Part shown: piece after piece, positions 1 through 9,702 of the stretch
Layout: each line of letters starts with the position of its first letter
Numbering within the stretch: position 1 is the first letter of the stretch
Source of the DNA: Phycisphaerae bacterium
Lineage (GTDB): Bacteria; Planctomycetota; Phycisphaerae; UBA1845; Fen-1342
Length of the DNA stretch: 64,000 nt
NCBI GenBank assembly: GCA_963675745.2
Contig: CAXXWX010000016.1
Coordinates: 128,001-192,000 of the forward strand
Direction: 5' to 3'
Translations under genes and position numbers: made by a program
Notes under the pieces: model-generated
The model's input: the letters and a program-made list of their open reading frames with translations, nothing else
Told to the model about the DNA's origin: nothing
Database searches by the model: none

Positions 1-919
1 CCTGCGCCACCGCGCGTGCCTTCCGCGCCCCCGCGCGCAACACGTCTTCAACGTCATCGGGCCGCGCCGCCCATTGCTCGCGCAATTCGCGTTTCACGCC
101 GAAAGTTTCTTCATACAACTCGCAGAGCCGTTTTTTTACCTCGCCATAGCCGGTGCCGCCGGCGCGATAGCGTTCCACCCATTCGCGCAGCTCATCAGGC
201 GTAGCCATGAGCTTCAGCAGGGCCAGCACGCTGCACCGGTCAGGATTCTTGGGCTCCTCGACCGGCGTGCTGTCCGTCTTGATGCTCATGATGCGCTTGC
301 GAATCTGCTTGGGTGGGCCGAAGAGATCAATGTAGTTGTCATAGCTCTTGCTCATCTTCTGCCCATCAACGCCGGGAACCAGCGGTGCCTCGTTGAGCCG
401 CGTCTCCGGTCGGGTCAGCACGTCACCATAGGCGCTGTTGAAGTAACCGGCCATGTCCTGCGTAAACTCGACGTGCTGCACCTGGTCGCGCCCGACGGGC
501 ACGATGTTGCTGCGGTATATCAGTATGTCGGCGGCCATGAGCAGCGGGTAGCAATACACGCCCATGTTGACGGGCTGGTTCTTGGCGACGAAGTCCTTGT
601 AGGTCGTGGCGCGGTCCATCAGCCCCTTGCCGGTCACACAACCGAGAATCCACGCCAGCTCGGTAACCTCGGGCACGTCGCTCTGACGGAAGATGCACGC
701 CTTGCCGGGGTCCAGGCCCATCGTGAGATAATCGACGATCACGTCAAACGTCAATTGCCGCAGTGTTTCGGCGTCGCGCACCGACGTCATCGAGTGGTAA
801 TTCGCGATGAAGTAAAACCCCTCGCACTCGTTCTGAAGTTCGATGTACTGCTTCATCGCACCGAAGTAGTTGCCCAGGTGAAGCTTCCCGGTGGGCTTTA
901 TGCCGGACAACGCTCGCAT
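1..919 (-). CDS. trpS: Tryptophanyl-tRNA synthetase (3' end runs off the window)
   Basis: Translated by hand, absent from the ORF track: ATG at 919 gives MRALSGIKPTGKLHLGNYFGAMKQY (HIGH-type HLGN). Also YPLLMAADILIY, VPVGRDQVQH and KMSKS near 345-360. GGAGG RBS upstream. Confidence 0.97.
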   Translation of the reverse strand, partial: MRALSGIKPTGKLHLGNYFGAMKQYIELQNECEGFYFIANYHSMTSVRDAETLRQLTFDVIVDYLTMGLDPGKACIFRQSDVPEVTELAWILGCVTGKGLMDRATTYKDFVAKNQPVNMGVYCYPLLMAADILIYRSNIVPVGRDQVQHVEFTQDMAGYFNSAYGDVLTRPETRLNEAPLVPGVDGQKMSKSYDNYIDLFGPPKQIRKRIMSIKTDSTPVEEPKNPDRCSVLALLKLMATPDELREWVERYRAGGTGYGEVKKRLCELYEETFGVKRELREQWAARPDDVEDVLRAGARKARAVAQ

Positions 920-1115
920 GGCATCCTCCAATAACCGCCAGCGCCGGCCACCAGGCTCGGAAGCCTGACGCCGCGGGTTACTCAATGTGCTCTGATCTAC
1001 TCTTGGAGACGGTCCGGCGTGCCGCTGTTGTCAAGCGGTGCGTGTTAGACGCGAACCTCACAGCTCGCCGCGCCGTTGCACAACGCTGGACGATAGACCT
1101 GCTTCAAAAACCGGT

Positions 1116-1682
1116 CTACACCTCCATGATGTCCTTCGATTTCTCGTTCGTCAGGCTGTCGATCTCGCGGCAATACGTGTCGGTCAGCTTCTGAATCTGA
1201 TCCTGGCCGCGCTCGCAGTCATCTTCCGGCAACGTCTTGGCCTTTTTCTCGGCATCGAGCGCCTTGTTGGCATCGCGGCGGAGATTGCGAATGGCCGTCT
1301 TCTGTTGCTCGGCCAGCTTCTTCACATGCTGTACAAGCTGATCACGTCGCTCGGTCGAGAGCGCCGGCACCGGCAAGCGGATCATCTTGCCGTCGTTCTG
1401 AGGGTTAATCCCCAATTCGCTGCCTTCGAGGGCTCGCTGAATGTCCTTGAGCGTCGAGGGATCGTAGGGCTTTATCACGATCACGTTGCCCTCGGCCACG
1501 GCGACGTTGCCCAGCTCCTTCATCGACATTGTCGAGCCGTATGCCTCGACATTGACCTTGAGACCATCAACCAGTCCGGCGGACGCCCGGCCTGTCCGAA
1601 CTCCACGGTATTCCTGACGCAGAAAATCGACCGCCTTCTTCATCTGCTGTTCGGTCTGGGATACGGTGTCATCTAGCGGCAT
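1116..1682 (-). CDS. frr: Ribosome recycling factor
   Basis: MPLDDTVSQTEQQMKKAV...RTGRAS...GINPQNDGKMIRLPVPALSTERR...AIRNLRRDAN; GAAGGAG RBS before the ATG at 1682. Confidence 0.97.
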   Translation of the reverse strand: MPLDDTVSQTEQQMKKAVDFLRQEYRGVRTGRASAGLVDGLKVNVEAYGSTMSMKELGNVAVAEGNVIVIKPYDPSTLKDIQRALEGSELGINPQNDGKMIRLPVPALSTERRDQLVQHVKKLAEQQKTAIRNLRRDANKALDAEKKAKTLPEDDCERGQDQIQKLTDTYCREIDSLTNEKSKDIMEV

Positions 1683-1830
1683 CTGAGCTGCTCCTTCGAT
1701 GGATGGTTGGCCAGGATAACCAGCATAGCCAGCGACCCTGTCGCCGACAACCCGGCGGCGTTGGACCCCGCCGTGTGGCGGCCGTGACACCTGCGCGTGG
1801 AATTCCGCACGCGTCATCGTCGAGTCATGT

Positions 1831-2012
1831 GCCCCGCAGGGGCATCTGAATATAGCCCAGCACGCAGTGCTGGGTTTCGATCGCGCACCGGGCCGCCAAG
1901 TCCCGTACGGGACGACTGAGATCTCAGCCGTCCCGGTGGGACTGGGTCCTCACATGGCCACAATTGCCCCAGCACTGCGTGCTGGGCTAAGTTCATTGCG
2001 TCCCTGTGGGAC
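1831..2012. repeat. Nested-palindrome (REP/MITE-like) intergenic element
   Basis: Perfect 22-bp inverted repeat TAGCCCAGCACGCAGTGCTGGG (1853-1874 and 1968-1989). Inner imperfect IR at 1899-1943 centred on CTGAGATCTCAG. Outer small hairpins at 1831-1843 and 2000-2012. Confidence 0.85.
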
Positions 2013-2079
2013 GGCCCAGCTACGACCCGCAGGCCGTTACATTGCTGTGTGCGCTATGATGGCGGATTTCGAGGGGTGT

Positions 2080-4281
2080 CTAGCGTTTTCCGATGACTTC
2101 TCTGATCGTCTCGATCAGCGCGTCGTTCATGAATGGTTTGTGGATGATCGCCGCCGGTCGCGCCCCGCTTGGCCGGTCCCCGCCGTATTCCTTGACATAC
2201 CCGCTGACCATGATCACTTTTGCACTGGGGCGAGTGGCCAGAATCTCCTCATACACTTCCCAGCCGCCTTTGCCAGGCATGATCAGATCCAGCAGCACAA
2301 CGTCTATCCGGCTGGCGTATTCCTGGAAGATCTCGACGCCCTTGGTGCCGTTTTCGGCGGTCAGCACGTCAAAGCTGTTGTTTTCGAGCACGTCGCGGAG
2401 AACGTCCCGTACGTCATCATCGTCGTCGATGACCAGCACGGTCGGCTGGCCCCGCTCCTCGGCATGCTTTGCGCTGGTGGCGGTGGCGGTGGCGGGTCGC
2501 GGCGACATTGGGAGGGCAACCGTGAAGCGCGCCCCGGTGCCCACTTCGCTCTCGACGCGCACGCCTCCCTGATGCGCGCGCACAGCCCCGCGCATCGCCG
2601 CCAATCCCAATCCGCGTCCATCGGCCTTGGTCGAGAAGAACGGTTCAAAAATACGCCGCGCCGTATCCTGGTCCATGCCGCAGCCGGTGTCGCGCACATG
2701 CACGCAGGCGAAGGCACCCGGTTCGAGCGACTGTCCCGGAAACAGCCGACGCAGTTCCTCGGCCCCCCACTCGCTGCGGCTGGCCGAGGCGCTTATCGTG
2801 CCCGGCGCGTCGCCGATCGCTTCGATGGCGTTGACGAGCAGATTCGTGATCACTTGTTGGAGTTGGGCGGCGTCCGCCTCGATTTCGAGAGGCTCACCGC
2901 GCGGCTTCAAGTCCAATGTGATGGCGCGCGGCACGGTGGGCCTGATGAACTCGACCGTGTCGTGTACCAGCTCGTGCAAATCGAGCTTTGCCGTCTCGCG
3001 TGTCTTTCGCCCGGCACATGTCAGGATCTGATCGACGACCGCCGAGGCGCGCTTGCAGGCGCCGACCACACGCTCGATGCGCGCGCAGACGGGCGAGTCG
3101 CCGCCGAGTTCGCTCAGTGCCAGGCTGGCGTTTCCTTGTATGCCGGTGAGCATGTTGTTCAGATCATGCGCGATTCCGCCGGCCAACAATCCCAGGCTCT
3201 CGAGGCGTTCTGAAGCGCTGATCTGCGCCTCGAGCTCCCGCCGTTCGCGTTCGGCGTTGTGTTGCTCGGTTTTGTCGACAAACAGCAGCACCGCACCGAT
3301 CACGTCCGGTCCGGCGTGCATCGCGGTTATCGAATAAGCGACCGGGAACCGTGAGCTGTCGGCGCGCGTGAACTCACCCTCACAACGCAACAGGGCGGCC
3401 CGGCTATCCAGGATGGCGTCGATCGGCGAGTTGACCGGTGCCGCGTCAGGCTCATCGAGGCTGCCGAAAATGTCGCGTGCCGAAGTCCCGATCAGCTCAC
3501 CGCCGCGCACACCGAGCATCGCCTCGGCCGCGGGATTCGTGAAGGCGATGTTGCCGCTGCGGTCTAGCCCGACAATGCCTTCGCCCGCCGAATCGAGAAT
3601 CAGACGCTGCTCGCGAGTCAGGCGCGCGAGTTGCTCTTCGGCGCGCTTGCGGTCGGTCACATCGCGCGCAAATGCGACCAGAATCTTAGCGCCGTTGTCG
3701 TGCAACACGTTGACGCTGATCTCCAGATAGACGATGTGGCCGTTTTTGTGGCGATGGGCCGTGGGAAAATGGTGCAGCCCGGTCTGGGTGTGTGATGGAA
3801 CGCCGCCATCCGCCTGGTTTTCCGCCTCCAGGTCGGTAATCCGCATGCGCATCAGCTCATCATTCGAGTAGCCGGTCATGCGACAGAAGGCTTCGTTGAC
3901 TTCCAGAAAGCGGCAATCCTGGTCCACGACAAAGAACCCGTCCATGGAGCAGCGCAGGATCGCCTCGTTGCGTCTGGCGAGTGCGGCCAGGCGCCGTTTG
4001 GAGCTGTTGAACTCGTCTTCGTCATAGAGGAACACCAGGGCCGGCACCTCCGGTGTCGCCTTGGTCTGGAGCGGGACGATGTCCACCACCAGCATCGGCG
4101 CGGAGCTCTGCGTGATGGTCAGGCGCTGTCGCTGGCCACCCACGCAGGCGGCCTCGAGCATCTGCATGAATTCCTCGTGCGACTCCTCCGGCAGGCGTGC
4201 CAGGATGTTCTGCGTCGCCGACTCCACTCCGGAACTGGTCCGGACGCAATTGGCGGCTCGATCGACAAGGGCCCAGTTCAT
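2080..4281 (-). CDS. Hybrid PAS-PAS sensor histidine kinase with C-terminal receiver
   Basis: Two PAS domains, H-box LAGGIAHDLNN, N-box NLLVNAIEA, DTGCGM, FEPFFSTK, GRGLGL; receiver VLVIDDD...LLDLIMP...IHKP. Confidence 0.93.
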   Translation of the reverse strand: MNWALVDRAANCVRTSSGVESATQNILARLPEESHEEFMQMLEAACVGGQRQRLTITQSSAPMLVVDIVPLQTKATPEVPALVFLYDEDEFNSSKRRLAALARRNEAILRCSMDGFFVVDQDCRFLEVNEAFCRMTGYSNDELMRMRITDLEAENQADGGVPSHTQTGLHHFPTAHRHKNGHIVYLEISVNVLHDNGAKILVAFARDVTDRKRAEEQLARLTREQRLILDSAGEGIVGLDRSGNIAFTNPAAEAMLGVRGGELIGTSARDIFGSLDEPDAAPVNSPIDAILDSRAALLRCEGEFTRADSSRFPVAYSITAMHAGPDVIGAVLLFVDKTEQHNAERERRELEAQISASERLESLGLLAGGIAHDLNNMLTGIQGNASLALSELGGDSPVCARIERVVGACKRASAVVDQILTCAGRKTRETAKLDLHELVHDTVEFIRPTVPRAITLDLKPRGEPLEIEADAAQLQQVITNLLVNAIEAIGDAPGTISASASRSEWGAEELRRLFPGQSLEPGAFACVHVRDTGCGMDQDTARRIFEPFFSTKADGRGLGLAAMRGAVRAHQGGVRVESEVGTGARFTVALPMSPRPATATATSAKHAEERGQPTVLVIDDDDDVRDVLRDVLENNSFDVLTAENGTKGVEIFQEYASRIDVVLLDLIMPGKGGWEVYEEILATRPSAKVIMVSGYVKEYGGDRPSGARPAAIIHKPFMNDALIETIREVIGKR

Positions 4282-4341
4282 CGTGTGGCTCCTTGTTCGG
4301 ACGCCTTGCAGAGAACCGCCGCGCGCACGATCGCTGGCTTT

Positions 4342-6807
4342 TTATGCATCGCTTCCCCCTTCTCGAACTGGAGGTCTCGGTACCCGCGCGGCGCCGGAAC
4401 TCACCAATCGCTGCATCGCCTCTGACTTCTGGCGCCTGGCCGCCTCCTCCATGGGTGCGTTCGAGTGTCGTCGAGCCAATTCGATGCGCTGGTCGGCGCA
4501 GCGAACCGCCTCGTTGAAATTGGAGAGCTTGAGGTTGAGCTCGGCCATGTGGTCATAGACGCGGGCGAGCCCGTTCCAGAACTTGGTGTGAACGAGGATG
4601 TTCAGCGCGACGGCCAGCTCATTCTTGGCGTCCAGCAGCCGCCCCATCAGCATCGCGCAGTTGCCCAGGTTCATGTACGCCACGCCTTCGTTGACGCGGT
4701 CATCGCTCTCCTGTGCCAACGCCAGCGCCCGCCTGAAGTAGCCGCGCGCCTCTTCAAAACGCTTCTGTTCGCGGAGCACGTGCCCCACGCCGGTATACGG
4801 CCCGATGAGCGAGATGAGCGCGCCATTGCGCTTGTGCGTGTCGATCGCCTGCTGGTAGCTCCTTTCGGCGTCAGTAGCGCGCCCGAGCTGCAATAACACA
4901 TATCCAAGATTGTTGCGGATACGCGCAAGTTCTGCGCTAAGCCCGAGCGTCTCGGAAGCCTGCGCCGCACGCTCCAGGCAACTGTTGGCGGATTCGTAAT
5001 CGCCCTGGAAGTAGTACATCGAGCCGAGGTTGGCATGTGCTTCGATTTTCAGGCGCTCATCGCCGGCGCGCGCTGCCAGTTCGCGCTGCCGCCTGTTGTA
5101 CTCGACGGCGTCTGCGTAGCGGCCCATGCGCGCACAGCACACGCCGACGAAACCGACGGCCTCGCCGAAGTTCGCATCAAGCCTGATTGCCTCGAGTCCG
5201 AGCTTCATCGCCGTCTCGTAATCGCCGCGCAGGAAAGCGCGTTTTCCGGTGAAGAACTGCTCTTCCGCCGCGGGAATGCGCGTGGCAGCGGTCCCGGCGA
5301 CCGCCGCCCGGCTCGCCGTTGCCAGTCCGAGTCGGCGTGTAAGCCGACCGAGCAGCTCGCTCTCCAAGTCAGCAAGCGCCGATAATGCCCCGGTCACCGC
5401 CTCGACACGCATGGGTTCCGTCTGCGGCGCCTGGTGGGCACGTACGCTCAGTTTTATCGTGTCGCCGCTGCGTTCAAAAACACCCTCAACTACGGAGGCC
5501 GCACCACTGAGACGTCCGGCGTGCAGAAGTTGCGCCACGTGTGGGCCGCTCTCGCGGGCACGTACACGTTCGAGCGTTTGCAGGTACTGATTCACGTCAA
5601 CTACATATGTGCCCTCGTACTGGCCGAGCGAGCGTGCCAGGTGATCCGCGAGGGCCTGGCCGATCCAATCGTCACCATCGGTACGCGAGGCGTTCTCGAA
5701 GGGTAGCACGACCACACCACGCGGTTCGGGGAAGACGGGGGCACCGGCGGGAGCAACCTGTGTGCCGGGGCGCGACGGGTTCTCCAGATAGTCCACGAGC
5801 GCCGCCGGCGACGGAAAACGCTCGCGTGGGTCTTGGGCGAGCAGGCGCAGAATGGCGTTGCGGAGCCAGTCAGGCGCATCCTGAGCGCCCGACTCGGGCC
5901 AGGTAATGGCCTGATCCCCTCCGTTCAGCAGCGTCCGATATACGCTGTCGCCGCGCGGCGCCGTGCCGGTGACAAGCTCGAACAGCGTGGCCCCCAGGGC
6001 ATACAGATCGGCGGGAGGCCCAGCCGGCTCCTCTCCCGCGAGCACCTCGGGCGCGGCGTAGGCGAGCGTACCAACCCGGTCGCTGGCGCCTTGCGGCGTC
6101 GCGTCATCCGCCTCGGGCATCAGTCCGACCACTCCCAGGTCGGCAATCCGCAGTGCCCCGTCGACACCCAGGATCAGGTTGCTGGGCTTGATGTCGCGAT
6201 GAATCAGACCTGCGCGATGGATTGCTTCGAGACCGCTGGCGGCGTCGACGGCGAACTGTGTCACTTGCCGCCAGTCGATTACTCCCGCGCACTCCCGGGC
6301 CCGCGCCAGGTCGACACCGTCAATGAAATCCATGACGAAATACCAGATGTTCTCAAAAATATCGCCATCGAGGACGCGGACCACATTGGCGTGGTTCACA
6401 CGAAAACCGGCGGATGCCTCACGGCGCAGGCGGTGTACATCGCGATCGGACGCATCCGCCACCCGGTGGGGCAGAACCTTCACGACGCAGGGGTGGTTGA
6501 GAAACTCGTGGTGGGCGAGGTAGGTCAGGCCGTGGGCCCCACATCCGATCAACTCCACCAGCCGGTAGCGATCCCGGAGCGTGCTGCCTAGCGGAAACGG
6601 CGCAGTTATCGGCGGTGCTGGCGCAGCCGAGTCACGAGAGCCGCGACGTGGGAGCGGTACCAAATGCGCGCACGCCTCACAGCGCGCCAACCGCTCCGAG
6701 ACGTTACGGAGCGTGCCGTGCTCACGGCAGTACGTGCATGGCCCCACGTTTTGGGGCCAGGCGTCATCGCGTGCCACCTGAGCCCTGTTCGAGGGGGTGG
6801 CCGCCAT
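4342..6807 (-). CDS. Ser/Thr protein kinase with TolB-N-like and TPR domains
   Basis: IGCGAHG, VVK, HRDIKPSN, ADLG, GTLAYAAPE; then VVVLPFEN...DWIG (TolB-N/FlgO-like) and TPRs. Start placed at ATG 6807 behind AGGAGG. No obvious transmembrane helix. Confidence 0.9.
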   Translation of the reverse strand: MAATPSNRAQVARDDAWPQNVGPCTYCREHGTLRNVSERLARCEACAHLVPLPRRGSRDSAAPAPPITAPFPLGSTLRDRYRLVELIGCGAHGLTYLAHHEFLNHPCVVKVLPHRVADASDRDVHRLRREASAGFRVNHANVVRVLDGDIFENIWYFVMDFIDGVDLARARECAGVIDWRQVTQFAVDAASGLEAIHRAGLIHRDIKPSNLILGVDGALRIADLGVVGLMPEADDATPQGASDRVGTLAYAAPEVLAGEEPAGPPADLYALGATLFELVTGTAPRGDSVYRTLLNGGDQAITWPESGAQDAPDWLRNAILRLLAQDPRERFPSPAALVDYLENPSRPGTQVAPAGAPVFPEPRGVVVLPFENASRTDGDDWIGQALADHLARSLGQYEGTYVVDVNQYLQTLERVRARESGPHVAQLLHAGRLSGAASVVEGVFERSGDTIKLSVRAHQAPQTEPMRVEAVTGALSALADLESELLGRLTRRLGLATASRAAVAGTAATRIPAAEEQFFTGKRAFLRGDYETAMKLGLEAIRLDANFGEAVGFVGVCCARMGRYADAVEYNRRQRELAARAGDERLKIEAHANLGSMYYFQGDYESANSCLERAAQASETLGLSAELARIRNNLGYVLLQLGRATDAERSYQQAIDTHKRNGALISLIGPYTGVGHVLREQKRFEEARGYFRRALALAQESDDRVNEGVAYMNLGNCAMLMGRLLDAKNELAVALNILVHTKFWNGLARVYDHMAELNLKLSNFNEAVRCADQRIELARRHSNAPMEEAARRQKSEAMQRLVSSGAARVPRPPVREGGSDA

Positions 6808-7030
6808 GTCCAGGCCTCCTGCCCATCGCGCAAAAACCGCTTGACAAAACACTAGTTATCGGTATTTTCCACAACTGGCTTAAGGAACCGGTCCGTGTTT
6901 TTTCCGCCCGGCCGTCGCAGCATTTCTGAGCGACATGGGCAACCGAGTTTGACCGCTCAATGTAACTCTCATCGCACTGTCTGATTACGCGGACCATTAC
7001 ACCGGTAACTCATCTCACAGGAGCCCACCA

Positions 7031-7114
7031 ATGGTATCGCTTTGGATCGAATGGACCCAGACGTTCGCCGCGATTTTCGGCACGGTCGTCGACTTCATTG
7101 ACGAGATCACCTGA
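7031..7114 (+). CDS. Putative 27-aa small peptide MVSLWIEWTQTFAAIFGTVVDFIDEIT
   Basis: CAGGAG RBS shortly before the ATG; mostly G/C third codon positions; below the ORF-track length cutoff. Confidence 0.5.
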   Translation: MVSLWIEWTQTFAAIFGTVVDFIDEIT

Positions 7115-7141
7115 GCCCCACAGCCTGGAAGGGAATTTCCA

Positions 7142-7189
7142 ATGATCGTCGAGATCACTGAAGTCGATCACATCTCCACCACCAAGTAG
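7142..7189 (+). CDS. Possible 15-aa peptide MIVEITEVDHISTTK
   Basis: Purine-rich GGAAGGGA upstream; lies 27 nt after the first small ORF; host-like codons. Confidence 0.25.
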   Translation: MIVEITEVDHISTTK

Positions 7190-7602
7190 CCGTCTGCTGC
7201 TGGTTTGTTGGTCCGCGGCGCCGCGCTAGCGCGGCCCTGTGGTAATGCGCGCGTCATGCCGCGGATGGTCGGTGGCCATAGCTGCCGGCCGGTGCCCCCT
7301 GCCTCTTGACTTCCCCACCACATCTCCGTGTTTTGCCTGTACCGCCGCACAGAATCGTCGTGGTCGGCGTGCGTCGTGCGCGTTCGTACTTGTTGATAAT
7401 TGTAGCGGACCTGACGTGCGACGGACCTGCGCGCCACAATGTTCGAGCGTGTCCGCGGCGGCGTTGTCGCGCCACCTCGACACAACTGGGATCGAGAACC
7501 ATCAAACACAGCTCGCGCCATGCCCCAATCCGGCGGGGAGATTCGCCAGTGCATCCACGTGGATGGCCAGCGCTGCGGCGCGTTGTACGAGGAGATTGAA
7601 TC

Positions 7603-9702
7603 GTGATCACCAGACTCGGACCCCGGTGGCTGGTGGCGCTGTGCGTCACGCTGCTCTGGCCACCGATCGGACATGCGGATGTCGTGGAGCTGTTCGATGG
7701 CACGCGATACACGAGCGATTCAGTCACGCTGGAGAACGGCGTCGCCAAGCTCGCCGACGGCCGGTCGATTCCCCGGAGTGAGATACGCCAGATCCTGTTC
7801 GACAGCAGCGAAGCCGGCGACAGCGCTGGCGAAGTGCACGCCGGCGATACCGACGTCCAGATGTTGCTGGATCAGGCACAGGCCGCCCGCGAGAAGTACC
7901 CCGATGTCGGCGCCATCCAGCTCATCGATACCGGAGTATGGACGCTACGACCCGACGGAACACAGTTACACCGCGAGCACGCGGCGACGCTGATTCTGAA
8001 GGAGCCCTGGAAATCTCTCGGCCGCATTGCGGAGTCATACGAGGACGGGCGCGATCGCGCGACGCTCGTGCGGGCCCGGACGATCTCGCCTGAGGGTGAC
8101 GTCTACGATTTCGACCCGGCGGAGCTGAAGGAAGCCAAGCCGACCGGCGGAATGGAGTATTTCCAGCCGTACAAGACGGTTACCGGGCAACTGCCCAACG
8201 TCGAGACGGGGTCTATCGTCGAGACGATCTGGGAGGTGGAGACGTACAACCCCTATGACAAGGAGTTGTTCTTCCCACGGTGGTATTTCGGCGGTACGGA
8301 ACCAAACCTGGACAGCCGTGTGACCATCCGCGTGCCGCGCGGGCGCGGGCTTTACTACAAGGCCTACAACTTCGGCGACCGCAATGCGGACCCCAAGCAA
8401 TGGGATGAGGATGATTACCACGTCTATCAGTGGGAACTGAGTGACGTCGAGTACATCGTCTCGGAACCGATCATGCCGCCGGTAGCCACGGTCGTGCCGC
8501 ATGTGGTCGCATCGCTGCACAAGGATTGGGACCACATTTACGACTACCTCGGACGGATGCAACGCGAGCACACGCAGGTTACCCCCGAAATCGAGCAGGC
8601 CGTCGCCGAGATCATCGGCGATAGCACCGACAAAGAGGAGATCATCGCGAAGATCTACCATTGGCTGCAGCGCGAGATACGTTATATCTCGATCAAAGGC
8701 AGTCTCGGCTCGGGCTGGTCGGGGCATCCGGCGACGCTGACACTCAAGAACAAATACGGGGACTGCATCGACAAGGCGACGCTCTTTGCCACCATGCTCA
8801 AGGCCGCCCAGATCAAGGCCGAGCCGGTCGTGTTGGCGACCTACAGCATGCCCGACGATGACCGTGAGATCCCAAGCCTGTGGGGGAATCACGCGATCAC
8901 GGAAGTTCACCTCGGCGATCGCTCGTTCCATCTGGACTGCACGGGCACGTCCTTCCGCTATCCCTATCTGCCGATGCTCGACCACGGTGTCACGACAATC
9001 AACATGCTCGAGCGCAAGATCGGACGGGTCGAAGTGCCGCGCGCGGATCAAAACGCGATCAGCTTGAACGTGCGGATGAAGCTGGAAGACAACGGCGACG
9101 TGAAGGCCGTTATCAAGATCGACAGTAACGGAAGCGCGGAAGGTTTCGCGCGCCAGGGCCTGGAGCAGATCAACAAGCTGCTGCGCAAGACAGTCGCCCA
9201 ACAGGTAATCAACTCCTGGTCGCCGGGTGCCGAGCTGAAGCAGATCAAGGTCAGCGATGACGCCGATCTGGAGACGCCACTGGAGATCACCCTCAAAATC
9301 CTGCTGCCGGATTATCCGTCGCGGGCCGGTGACCTGATGATTTTGAAGCTGCCGCTGGCGGATCTGACCAAGTCGATGGCGGCCATTGCAGCGCTGCAGC
9401 AGCGTGAGTTCGACATCCTGATGCCCTCGACGATGTCGCTGCGGCAGAACATCCGCGTTGATCTGCCCGCGGGCTACACCTCGAAGGGCCTGCCGGAGGA
9501 TGCGCACCTCGAAACACCCTACACGAGCTATGACGCCAGCTATCGCCTCGAGGACGGCGCGATCGTCTTCGAGGACAACCTGAGCCTTAACGCGCGCTCG
9601 ATCCCGCATGAGGACTATGGGGAATTCAGACGCTTCATGCAGGCCTTCAGCGACTATGCCAGGGTCCCGCTCTTCATCGCCAAGACGGAGGACGAGCTAT
9701 GA
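7603..9702 (+). CDS. Secreted DUF3857 / transglutaminase-like / DUF3858 protein (intact triad)
   Basis: Signal peptide; ARTISPEG, LPNVETGSIVE, IRYISI, YGDCIDKA (Cys), GNHAI (His), HLDCT (Asp); GAGGAG RBS. Confidence 0.9.
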   Translation: MITRLGPRWLVALCVTLLWPPIGHADVVELFDGTRYTSDSVTLENGVAKLADGRSIPRSEIRQILFDSSEAGDSAGEVHAGDTDVQMLLDQAQAAREKYPDVGAIQLIDTGVWTLRPDGTQLHREHAATLILKEPWKSLGRIAESYEDGRDRATLVRARTISPEGDVYDFDPAELKEAKPTGGMEYFQPYKTVTGQLPNVETGSIVETIWEVETYNPYDKELFFPRWYFGGTEPNLDSRVTIRVPRGRGLYYKAYNFGDRNADPKQWDEDDYHVYQWELSDVEYIVSEPIMPPVATVVPHVVASLHKDWDHIYDYLGRMQREHTQVTPEIEQAVAEIIGDSTDKEEIIAKIYHWLQREIRYISIKGSLGSGWSGHPATLTLKNKYGDCIDKATLFATMLKAAQIKAEPVVLATYSMPDDDREIPSLWGNHAITEVHLGDRSFHLDCTGTSFRYPYLPMLDHGVTTINMLERKIGRVEVPRADQNAISLNVRMKLEDNGDVKAVIKIDSNGSAEGFARQGLEQINKLLRKTVAQQVINSWSPGAELKQIKVSDDADLETPLEITLKILLPDYPSRAGDLMILKLPLADLTKSMAAIAALQQREFDILMPSTMSLRQNIRVDLPAGYTSKGLPEDAHLETPYTSYDASYRLEDGAIVFEDNLSLNARSIPHEDYGEFRRFMQAFSDYARVPLFIAKTEDEL

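Noticed and set aside
74..934. 286-aa + strand ORF, and other long antisense ORFs such as 1867-3213, 8035-9609, 32934-34313 and 37955-39121
   Set aside because: They are shadows of well-supported genes on the opposite strand; high-GC codon bias suppresses stop codons there.
920..1115. T-box or attenuator upstream of trpS
   Set aside because: No T-box consensus, Trp-rich leader peptide or terminator was recognisable.
7190..7600. Overlapping ORFs of 85-180 aa in the gap before the DUF3857 gene
   Set aside because: No motifs, no convincing RBS, and Arg/Ala/Pro-rich composition typical of non-coding GC-rich DNA.
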